Of a DNA stretch of 64,000 nucleotides, positions 9,711 to 17,848 are shown one piece after another. The position numbers and the translations under genes are program-made. How positions within the stretch are numbered: the stretch's first letter is position 1; each line of letters begins with the position of its first letter. This DNA is from Pseudomonadota bacterium. Lineage in GTDB: Bacteria > Pseudomonadota > Alphaproteobacteria > Caulobacterales > Parvularculaceae. Where the stretch lies: NCBI GenBank assembly GCA_036337175.1, contig JAYZEQ010000008.1, positions 121,088-185,087 of the forward strand. Reading direction: 5' to 3'. The notes below the pieces were generated by a model. That model saw only the letters and a program-made list of their open reading frames with translations, had not been told where the DNA came from and did not search any database.

Positions 9711-10466
9711 TTAATAATGTCCGCCCGTTCTGGCGTCCTGCATCAACCGTTTCATCTCCTTGACGGATTCCGCAAGTCCCATGAACAGCGCCTCGCCGAC
9801 AAGGAAATGACCGATGTTAAGCTCGACGATTTCGGGAATGGCGGCGACCGGCTGCACGTTATGGAACGTCAGTCCGTGACCGGCGTGCACTTCGAGGCCG
9901 AGCGACGCCGCATGATGCGCGCCGGCTCGGATCAGCTCGAACTCCTGCTGAATGCGGTCAGGATCAGTGGCGAGACAAGCTTCGTGATAGGCGCCCGTAT
10001 GAATCTCGATCACAGGCGCGCCGGTTGCCTTCGCCGCCTCTATCTGCCTGTCGAGAGGATCGATGAACAGTGACACGCGGATTCCCATGCCCATCAGATC
10101 ACGGACGAAAGAAGCGAGAAAATCTTTCTGGCCGTCGACGTCGAGACCGCCTTCCGTCGTGCGCTCCTCGCGATTCTCGGGCACAAGACAGCAGGCGTGC
10201 GGCCTGATCTCGCCGGCCAGCGTGTGCATCTCCGACGTCGCCGCCATTTCGAAATTCAGCGGCAGGTCGATCTCTTCCTTCAGGCGGCGCATGTCTTCGT
10301 CGCGGATATGCCGGCGGTCGCCGCGAAGGTGCGCCGTGATGCCGTCGGCGCCGGCGCTGGCGACGATTTCCGCCGCACGCACCGGATCGGGATGCGCGCC
10401 GCCGCGCGCGTTCCTCAAGGTCGCCACATGGTCGATATTGACCCCGAGACGGATCGGTTTCTTCAC
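9711..10466 (-). CDS. pdxJ: Pyridoxine 5'-phosphate synthase
   Basis: LGVNIDHVATLRNARG, GITAHLR.DRRHI, LVPENREERTTEGGLD, HAGHGL, ELNIGH. Confidence 0.97.
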   Translation of the reverse strand: MKKPIRLGVNIDHVATLRNARGGAHPDPVRAAEIVASAGADGITAHLRGDRRHIRDEDMRRLKEEIDLPLNFEMAATSEMHTLAGEIRPHACCLVPENREERTTEGGLDVDGQKDFLASFVRDLMGMGIRVSLFIDPLDRQIEAAKATGAPVIEIHTGAYHEACLATDPDRIQQEFELIRAGAHHAASLGLEVHAGHGLTFHNVQPVAAIPEIVELNIGHFLVGEALFMGLAESVKEMKRLMQDARTGGHY

Positions 10467-11050
10467 TGGCTGGTTCCGCGGCTGCCGGGTTTCACCGCCG
10501 GCATTGATAGCAGGTGCGGAGGCAGCGCGTCCGCCGGCCAGGCTTCAACTTTCAGCGAGGCGAGCGAGGCGACCGGCGCGCCGACATCCGCCGCGCCGTT
10601 GGAGCGGTCGATAAGGCAGGCGAGACCGAGCACCTCCGCTCCCGTCTGGCGCACCGCATCGATGCATTCTCGTGCCGAAAGCCCTGTCGAAACGATATCC
10701 TCGACCACGACAACGCGGGCGCCCGGTTTCAGCGAGAAGCCGCGCCGCAGTCTGAACTCGCCGTCGACGCGCTCCACGAACATGAACGGAACGCCGAGAT
10801 GACGCGCCGTCTCGTAGCCATAGATGATCGCGCCCATCGCCGGCGACACGACGAAATCGATCTCCGTCCCAAACGCGGCTCGCGCCTTGCCCGCGAGCGC
10901 CCGGCACAGCCGCTCGGTGCGGTCGGGAAACATCGAGACGATGGACTTGTTAAGGTACGTGTCGCTGTGCAGGCCCGACGACAGGATGAAGTGGCCCTTC
11001 TGCAGGGCGCCCGCTTCCTCGAATTCCTTCAATACTTCAGAGTTGTTCAT
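10463..11050 (-). CDS. pyrE: Orotate phosphoribosyltransferase
   Basis: GHFILSSGLHS, PRPP loop VVVVEDIVSTGLS; ATG 11050 with GAGG. Confidence 0.95.
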   Translation of the reverse strand: MNNSEVLKEFEEAGALQKGHFILSSGLHSDTYLNKSIVSMFPDRTERLCRALAGKARAAFGTEIDFVVSPAMGAIIYGYETARHLGVPFMFVERVDGEFRLRRGFSLKPGARVVVVEDIVSTGLSARECIDAVRQTGAEVLGLACLIDRSNGAADVGAPVASLASLKVEAWPADALPPHLLSMPAVKPGSRGTSQ

Positions 11051-13436
11051 CCTCGCCCGCATCCACTCTTTCCGCCGACAAAACATGCGCGGAGGCGCGA
11101 AGTCCCGTCAACATCTGCACCAGTTGCCGCGCGTCCTTCACCTCAACGTCGATGGATAGTTCGACGAACTCCGGCGAACGGCTTTTGAACTTGATGTTGG
11201 TGATCGACACGCCGTAGCGCGCGATGATGCCCGCGACATCGGACAGCACGCCCACTTCGTTGCGCACGGTGACGGCGACATGAGCGAAGGCGCTTACATT
11301 CTCGCTTTCGCGGCGCCACTTGAGATCGAGCCAGCGCTCTTGCGGCGGATCGTCGAACGCGAGCGTCTCGCAGTCGATGGCGTGCACGCGGATCGACCCG
11401 TCGTCCTGGCGGATGCCGACGATGCGCTCGCCGGGCAGCGGCGTGCAGCAGGGCGCCATCTTCACCGACACGCCGGGCGTCAGTCCTTCGATGGCGACGC
11501 GCGGCCGGAACGGCCTCTTCGCGCCGGCGCGAATTTCGCCTTCCGCCTCGTGGCTCGCGCCCGGATAGACAGCGTCGATGAGCTGGTTCACTGAAAGATC
11601 GCCGCGCCCCACCTTGGCGAGCACGTCCTCGACCGATTTCTCGCCAAGCCGCGTCAGCGCGGCGCGCACCGCCTTCGGCGAAAAGTCGAGATGCGCGCCA
11701 GTGAACACGCCTTCTGCGATGGAGCGGCCGAGCGCCGCCTGCTCCGCATGCTGCATCTTCTTGATGCGGCGGCGGATCGCCGACCGGGCGCGGCCCGTGA
11801 CGGCGAGCGTCTCCCACTCCGCGGGAGGCGGGGCGTTCTCCGATTTCAGGATCTGCACGACGTCGCCGTTCTTCAGCGGCGTCCGCAGCGGACGCTGCGT
11901 GCCGTTTATCTTCGCGCCGATGGTCTGGTCGCCGATATCGGTGTGCACGGCATACGCGAAGTCGATCGCCGTCGAGCCTTTGGGAAGCGCGATCACCCTG
12001 CCCTTCGGCGTGAAGCAGAACACCTGGTCCTGAAACAGCTCAAGCTTGGCGTAGCGCAGCGCTTCGTCGAGATCCTCGCCCTGCGCGAACATTTCGACGA
12101 GCCGGCGCGGCGTCTCGTAGGGGTCGTGGCCGACAATCTCGACGCCGCCGCCGTTCGAGGCTTCCTTGTATTGCCAGTGCGCCGCAACGCCGCGCTCGGC
12201 TGTCTCGTGCATCTCGCGGGTTCGAATCTGGATTTCGATGCGCTGCCGGCCGCCGTCGGCTCGCGGCGGCCCGATCACCGCCGTATGGATCGAGCGATAG
12301 TTGTTCGGCTTGGGGGCGGAGATGTAGTCATCGAACTCCGACGGAATCATTCGCCAGCCGGTATGAATGACGGCGAGCGCGCGATAGCAGTCCTCGACCT
12401 TGTCGACGATGACGCGGAACGCGTAGATGTCGGCGAGTTCGTCGAAGGAGACGTTCTTCGTCGACATCTTCCGCCAGATCGAATACGGGCGCTTTTCCCG
12501 GCTGTAGACGTCCGCCTTGACGCCGGCGTCCTGCAGACGCTTGCGCAACTGCTGCGACAGTTCGACGACTCCGGCCACAGTCGTCGCCTGCAGGTCGTCG
12601 AGACGCTGACGGATGGACGCATGCGCCTGCGGCGAAAGCTCCTGAAACGACAGCTCCTCAAGCTCCTCGCGGAAACGCTGCACGCCGATGCGCCCCGCAA
12701 GCGGGGCGTAGATTTCCATAGTCTCGAGCGCGATGCGCTGACGCTTCGTCGGATCGGTGAAATAATGCAGCGTGCGCATGTTGTGCAGACGGTCCGCGAG
12801 CTTCACGAGTAGCACGCGCACATCGTCGGCCATCGCCAGCACGAATTTGCGGAAGTCCTCGGCCTGTTTCGAGGCTTCGCTTTTCAGTTCGAGCTTGGAT
12901 AGCTTGGTGACCCCGTCCACCAGGCGCGCGATCTCGTCGCCGAAAAGCCGCCTTATGTCGTCTACGGTCGTCGACGTATCCTCGACGACGTCATGAAGGA
13001 GCGCGGTCGCCACCGTCGCCGGATCGGCCTTGAGTTCGGTCAGGATGCTGGCGACGGCCAGCGGATGGGTGAAATACGGATCGCCGGACTTGCGCGTCTG
13101 GCCGCCATGCGCCTTCATCGCGAAGACGTATGCGCGATTCAGCAGGTCTTCGTCCGCTTGCGGATCGTATGCCTTGACGCGATCGACCAGTTCATACTGC
13201 CGGATGAAGCCAACCGGATGCGCCGCAGCAGGCGCCGCCGCCACACCCTGAGCATCCTGAGTTTCGCCGTTCGCCGGCGCCGGTCCGCCAGACGCAGCTT
13301 GCGACGCCCCCGCGCGCGGCTGGCGAGCCGCCTGCGGATCAGCCTCGTCCGGCTTTTTCGCATTTGAAGAATCGCCCTTCTTGTCGGGACGCTTTTTTTC
13401 GGCCGGCTCGCGATATCCGTGGGTGGACTCGGCCAT
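11037..13436 (-). CDS. spoT: Bifunctional (p)ppGpp synthetase/hydrolase (long RSH)
   Basis: LLHDVVEDT (HD domain), KLADRLHNMRTL, EIQIRT, TGS, ZFD (CCTPLPG), ACT. Confidence 0.96.
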   Translation of the reverse strand: MAESTHGYREPAEKKRPDKKGDSSNAKKPDEADPQAARQPRAGASQAASGGPAPANGETQDAQGVAAAPAAAHPVGFIRQYELVDRVKAYDPQADEDLLNRAYVFAMKAHGGQTRKSGDPYFTHPLAVASILTELKADPATVATALLHDVVEDTSTTVDDIRRLFGDEIARLVDGVTKLSKLELKSEASKQAEDFRKFVLAMADDVRVLLVKLADRLHNMRTLHYFTDPTKRQRIALETMEIYAPLAGRIGVQRFREELEELSFQELSPQAHASIRQRLDDLQATTVAGVVELSQQLRKRLQDAGVKADVYSREKRPYSIWRKMSTKNVSFDELADIYAFRVIVDKVEDCYRALAVIHTGWRMIPSEFDDYISAPKPNNYRSIHTAVIGPPRADGGRQRIEIQIRTREMHETAERGVAAHWQYKEASNGGGVEIVGHDPYETPRRLVEMFAQGEDLDEALRYAKLELFQDQVFCFTPKGRVIALPKGSTAIDFAYAVHTDIGDQTIGAKINGTQRPLRTPLKNGDVVQILKSENAPPPAEWETLAVTGRARSAIRRRIKKMQHAEQAALGRSIAEGVFTGAHLDFSPKAVRAALTRLGEKSVEDVLAKVGRGDLSVNQLIDAVYPGASHEAEGEIRAGAKRPFRPRVAIEGLTPGVSVKMAPCCTPLPGERIVGIRQDDGSIRVHAIDCETLAFDDPPQERWLDLKWRRESENVSAFAHVAVTVRNEVGVLSDVAGIIARYGVSITNIKFKSRSPEFVELSIDVEVKDARQLVQMLTGLRASAHVLSAERVDAGEDEQL

Positions 13437-13460
13437 GTCGCCCTAAGGCGCCTCCGCGCG

Positions 13461-13826
13461 TCAGCCTTTCGGCAGGGATTGCGGCGTCGTCATCCCCGAC
13501 GCCTTGAGCGCCCGAATGTACTCGTCCTCGCTCATCCTGTCGAATTCCGGCAGGTCGGCTTTCTCCGAAGCGGCTTCGCCTTCGGCTGCGTCGTCCGTGT
13601 CGATCTGCTTCTGCAGCGAGCTGACGAGATCCTCGGCGACCGCGTCCGGTTCAAGCATGCCGTCGGCGATTTCGCGCAGCGCCACCACGGGATTCTTGTC
13701 CTTGTCGCGGTCGACGAGAAGCGGCGCGCCGGAGGCGAGAATGCGCGCGCGATGTCCCGCCAGCAGAACGAGCTGGAAGCGGTTGGGGACTTTCTCGACG
13801 CAATCTTCGACGGTGACGCGAGCCAT
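13461..13826 (-). CDS. rpoZ: RNA polymerase omega subunit
   Basis: [35 protein letters not shown]. Confidence 0.97.
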   Translation of the reverse strand: MARVTVEDCVEKVPNRFQLVLLAGHRARILASGAPLLVDRDKDKNPVVALREIADGMLEPDAVAEDLVSSLQKQIDTDDAAEGEAASEKADLPEFDRMSEDEYIRALKASGMTTPQSLPKG

Positions 13827-13882
13827 TGGCTTCTCCTGAAAGGCGGCGGAGCCCGGTCACATATCGCCGCCGGGCTGCGATT

Positions 13883-14413
13883 TCAACTGTTGCGTTGCAA
13901 AAGAGGCGCACCCGCGTCGACCGCTAGCGGCCGGGCGCCGCGGATCTGACAGGCGGCAAGCAACGCCTCAACGCCCAAGCCCGAGATGGGGTGAACCCAG
14001 AAAGGCGCAACCTCGGCGAGCGGGGCCAGCACGAAATCCCGTTCAGCGACACCCGGATGCGGCAACGCGAGCGGCGAGACATCATCCGGCGCCCGGATTA
14101 TCCCTTTATAATCAATGATATCGAGATCCAGCGTCCGCGGCCTGTTGCGCTCGGCCGATCGCCGGCGGCCGAATCCGGCCTCGATCGCCTGCAGCGCCTC
14201 CAGCAGAACGAGGGGCGGATAAGCCGTGGAAATCGACGCGACGGCGTTCACGAAAGGAGGATCGGATGGGTCCGGCCAGGCCGGCGAGGCATAAAGCCGC
14301 GACCTGGCGTTAACCTCGCCCACTCGCCCAAGCGCACCAAGCGCGCTTAAAATTATCCGGTCCGGCGCTTCGCCGGCGAAGGAAAGACTTGACCCAAGCG
14401 CGATAAGAATCAT
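13883..14413 (-). CDS. folK: 6-hydroxymethyl-7,8-dihydropterin pyrophosphokinase
   Basis: IALGSSL, FVNAV, GRRRS..RNRPRTLDLDII, LPHP...ERDFVLAPL. Confidence 0.93.
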   Translation of the reverse strand: MILIALGSSLSFAGEAPDRIILSALGALGRVGEVNARSRLYASPAWPDPSDPPFVNAVASISTAYPPLVLLEALQAIEAGFGRRRSAERNRPRTLDLDIIDYKGIIRAPDDVSPLALPHPGVAERDFVLAPLAEVAPFWVHPISGLGVEALLAACQIRGARPLAVDAGAPLLQRNS

Positions 14414-14481
14414 GTCTTTAAGTATGTTGGCTTAACCGATGTTCGAACGGATTTCGGACTTTTGCATAGAGCGAGACGATA

Positions 14482-15114
14482 ATGACGACTTTTTTGGGCT
14501 TGCGCCCTGACGAGCGCACCGCGCTCTTCATCGACGGAGCCAATCTTTACAAGGCGGCGCGAAACCTCGGCTTCGACATGGACTACAAGAGCCTGCTGGC
14601 CAAGGCGCAGGGCTCCTGCAGGCTGGTCCGGGCCTATTACTACACCGCCATTCAGGAAGATAAGTCGCAGGATTACTCGCCGCTCCGTCCGCTGGTCGAC
14701 TGGCTCGACTACAATGGCTACACGATGGTGACCAAGCTCTCGCGAGAGTTCACCGACGCGACGGGCAAGCGCCGCTTCAAGGGCTCGGTCGATATCGAGC
14801 TTGTCGTCGATATGCTCGTGCTGGCGCAAAAGCTCGACCATATCGTGCTGTTCACCGGAAACGGCGACTTCCGGCGGGCGATCGAGGCGGTGCAGGCGCA
14901 GGGCGTGCGCGTCACGGTCGTTTCCACCGTCAAGTCGCAGCCGCCCATGGCTTCCGACGAACTGCGGCGCCAAGCCGACCGCTTCATCGACCTCGCCGAT
15001 CTCGGCAACATCATTGGCCGAGCCGCCGGCGCCCGGAAGCCGCGTCCGGCTGATGACGACGTCGAAGACGAATTCGAAGACGATTTCGAAGACGATTACG
15101 AGGATGTCGACTAG
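14482..15114 (+). CDS. NYN-domain (LabA/DUF88) protein
   Basis: FIDGANLY, KGSVDIELVVD, FTGNGDF, ELRRQADRFIDL; acidic tail. Confidence 0.9.
   Translation: MTTFLGLRPDERTALFIDGANLYKAARNLGFDMDYKSLLAKAQGSCRLVRAYYYTAIQEDKSQDYSPLRPLVDWLDYNGYTMVTKLSREFTDATGKRRFKGSVDIELVVDMLVLAQKLDHIVLFTGNGDFRRAIEAVQAQGVRVTVVSTVKSQPPMASDELRRQADRFIDLADLGNIIGRAAGARKPRPADDDVEDEFEDDFEDDYEDVD
15062..15097 (+). repeat. 3 x 12-nt tandem repeat TCGAAGACGA(A/T)T encoding the acidic tail
   Basis: tcgaagacgaat-tcgaagacgatt-tcgaagacgatt read directly. Confidence 0.8.
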
Positions 15115-15790
15115 CCGCATGGCGGCGGCCGCCCCTGCTCCCGCCTCAAAGCCCGAACCCCCGCGCGACTGTCCGCTCTGTCCGCGTCTGACGGCTTTTC
15201 GCGCCGCCAATATCGCCGCACACCCGGATTGGTACAACGGACCGGCGCCGTCCTTCGGCGGCGACGACGCCCGTCTGCTCGTGGTGGGCCTCGCGCCGGG
15301 CCTGCAAGGCGCCAATCGCACCGGCCGGCCGTTCACCGGCGATTACGCCGGCGACCTTCTCTATGCGACCCTGAAAAAGTTCGGTTTCGCCAAAGGAACG
15401 TACGCGGCGCGGCCCGACGACGGCCTGACGCTCGAAAGCGCGATGATCTCCAACGCCGTGCGCTGCGTCCCGCCTCAGAACAAGCCGACTCCGGCGGAGA
15501 TCAGAACCTGCCGGCCGTTCCTCGCCGCCCGCATGGCGAGCCTGCCGGACCTTCGCGCCATCGTCTGCCTGGGGCGCATCGCCCATGAGTCAACGCTCGC
15601 CGCCATGGGTCTGAAGCAAAAGGACTTTCCCTTTTCTCACGGAGCCCGCCATGAAGTCGGGAAGAGCCGCCTTTCGCTGTTCGACAGCTATCATTGCTCG
15701 CGCTACAACACGAACACCGGCCGACTGACCGTCGACATGTTCGAGTCTGTATTTGCGGACGTGAAGGACTTTCTGGAAGCGAAGGGCTGA
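15104..15790 (+). CDS. Uracil-DNA glycosylase, family 5 (UdgB-like, Fe-S)
   Basis: CPLCPRL, VGLAPGLQGANRTGRPFTGD, AVRCVPPQNKP, YHCSRYNTNTGRLT. Confidence 0.92.
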   Translation: MSTSRMAAAAPAPASKPEPPRDCPLCPRLTAFRAANIAAHPDWYNGPAPSFGGDDARLLVVGLAPGLQGANRTGRPFTGDYAGDLLYATLKKFGFAKGTYAARPDDGLTLESAMISNAVRCVPPQNKPTPAEIRTCRPFLAARMASLPDLRAIVCLGRIAHESTLAAMGLKQKDFPFSHGARHEVGKSRLSLFDSYHCSRYNTNTGRLTVDMFESVFADVKDFLEAKG

Positions 15791-15841
15791 CTTCCGCCGG
15801 CGCGCGGAAACGCGGCGCCCGGACCCGATCAAGCGGAGATA

Positions 15842-16327
15842 TTGATGTCGCGTAACTGGGGCATTCCGACCAAGACCGACGACGGCGCCTTCGGGCAGGC
15901 GCGCCGGGAGAGGCCGGTTGCGACGCTCGGCGTGACCACTGTGTTCGGCGTCATCGGCGCCGCGGTCGCCGCCATCAGCTTCAACGACGCGCGCGACGTC
16001 ATCGAAAACGTGTTTCATGGCTGGTCGCTGGTGCTGGCAGTCGTCGCCGCCGGCGTGGGCTGCTGGACCTATGTGTGGGTGGCCCGGCCGCGCTTCGCGG
16101 CGCATTTCACCGGCGCGGGCGACGCCTTTTCCGATCTGCTCCGGTTTTACGCCAAAGCCGCTTTCGCGCTGGTCGGCGTGCTCGGGCTCGCCAAGTTCGC
16201 TCATGCGGCGGTCGGCGACCAGGTCGCCGTTCTGCTTCTCTGCCTCGCCGGCGGCGCAGGCGCGGCGGCGGCGTTCCAGACTGTTCTTGCATTCGTGCCC
16301 GCCTATCGGACCGACGAGAAGGCGTAG
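15842..16327 (+). CDS. Hypothetical ~4-TM membrane protein
   Basis: Four hydrophobic segments; GGAG upstream; fills the UDG-smpB gap. Confidence 0.65.
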   Translation: MMSRNWGIPTKTDDGAFGQARRERPVATLGVTTVFGVIGAAVAAISFNDARDVIENVFHGWSLVLAVVAAGVGCWTYVWVARPRFAAHFTGAGDAFSDLLRFYAKAAFALVGVLGLAKFAHAAVGDQVAVLLLCLAGGAGAAAAFQTVLAFVPAYRTDEKA

Positions 16328-16353
16328 GTCTCTGCAAGCGAAGCGGCTTCGGC

Positions 16354-16830
16354 TCAGCCCCTGTCGCGCAGCAGCCTTTGCTTCTGGCGCGCCCAGTCGC
16401 GGTTCTTCTCGGTGTCGCGCTTGTCCGGCGCCTTTTTGCCGATGGCCAGCGCGATCTCCAGCTTGGCGATGCCGCGATCGTTGAAGTAGAGCCTGAGCGG
16501 CGCGAGCGTGTAGCCCTTACGTTCGATGGCCTGTCTCAGCCGGTCGATCTCGCGGGCCCGCAGAAGCAGTTTCCGGGGCCGCTTCGGCTCGTGATTCTGC
16601 CGGTTGCCCGCCGAATATTCGGGGATGTTGGCGTTGATGAGGTAGATGCCGTCGCCTTCCGACGTCGCATAGGCTTCGGCGATGGTCGCCTTGCCCTCGC
16701 GCAGCGCCTTCACTTCCGTGCCGGTCAGCACCAGCCCCGCCTCGACCACGTCCTCGATATGATAATCGAAGCGGGCGCGGCGGTTCTCGGCGACGATCTT
16801 GCGGTTGTCGTCGGCTTTCTTCGCCGCCAT
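16354..16830 (-). CDS. smpB: SsrA-binding protein
   Basis: NRRARFDY.I...[34 protein letters not shown]. Confidence 0.97.
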   Translation of the reverse strand: MAAKKADDNRKIVAENRRARFDYHIEDVVEAGLVLTGTEVKALREGKATIAEAYATSEGDGIYLINANIPEYSAGNRQNHEPKRPRKLLLRAREIDRLRQAIERKGYTLAPLRLYFNDRGIAKLEIALAIGKKAPDKRDTEKNRDWARQKQRLLRDRG

Positions 16831-17711
16831 CAGCCGATCAGCCCGAGGCCTTCGAGCGCCTCGCGCACCTTCTGTTTCACCGGCTCGGGCGGCGCGACGA
16901 GCGGCAGCCGCAGATCGGCGGGCATCAGGCCGAGAAGCGACATGGCGTATTTCACCGGACCTGGCGACGTGTCTCGGAAAAGCGCGTCATGCAGCGGCGC
17001 GAGCTTGTCCTGCAGCGCCAGCGCCGAAGCGAAATCGCCCTTGAGACAGGCGTTCTGCATTTTCGCGCAAAGGTCCGGCGCGACATTGGAAGTGACGCCG
17101 ATGCAACCTTTGCCGCCCATGGCGTTGAAGCCGACGGCGGTCATGTCCTCGCCCGAAAGCTGGATGAAATCCTCGCCGCAGGCGAGACGCTGCAGGGCGA
17201 CCCGGGCGAGATCGCCGGTCGCATCCTTGACGCCGATAATGCGCGGCAGCCTTGCGAGCGTCGCGAGCGTGTCGACCGAAAGGTTGGCGACCGTCCGTCC
17301 GGGAACATTGTAAACGATGATCGGCAGCCGGCAGGCGTCGTGCAGCGCAGTGAAATGCGCGATCAGTCCCGCCTGGCTCGGCTTGTTGTAATAGCCGGTC
17401 ACAGTGAGAAGCGCGTCGGCCCCCGCGTCTTCCGCAAACTTCGCCAGTTCCAGCGCCTCGGCCGTGGCGTTGGAGCCGGCGCCGGCGATCACCGGAATGC
17501 GGCCCGCCGCCGCTTCGACGCAAAGCTCGATGACCCGTTTGTGCTCGCCGTGGGTGAGAGTCGCGGATTCGCCCGTGGTCCCCACCGGAACGACGCCGTG
17601 AACGCCCGCCTTGACCTGGCGGTCGACAAGGTTCTGGAAGCCTTTCTCGTCAACCGCGCCATTGCGGAACGGCGTGACGAGCGCCGTAATGCAGCCTTGA
17701 ATTCTGGTCAT
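16830..17711 (-). CDS. dapA: 4-hydroxy-tetrahydrodipicolinate synthase
   Basis: [35 protein letters not shown]. Confidence 0.96.
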   Translation of the reverse strand: MTRIQGCITALVTPFRNGAVDEKGFQNLVDRQVKAGVHGVVPVGTTGESATLTHGEHKRVIELCVEAAAGRIPVIAGAGSNATAEALELAKFAEDAGADALLTVTGYYNKPSQAGLIAHFTALHDACRLPIIVYNVPGRTVANLSVDTLATLARLPRIIGVKDATGDLARVALQRLACGEDFIQLSGEDMTAVGFNAMGGKGCIGVTSNVAPDLCAKMQNACLKGDFASALALQDKLAPLHDALFRDTSPGPVKYAMSLLGLMPADLRLPLVAPPEPVKQKVREALEGLGLIG

Positions 17712-17848
17712 TTTCTCAGCTTCTGCCCAAACTTTAATGGTCGATACTCCGGTTAACCGGCCCCGGCAAGCTGGCCTGCATTTTGAACCGGAGGCAAATG
17801 CGATAGGCTCGGATGCATCGAAGGGGACCAGCAGGAGAGCTGACGACT

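Noticed and set aside
14418-14436. TTAA...TTAAC between folK and the NYN gene as a CtrA box
   Set aside because: Spacer is 10 nt, not 7
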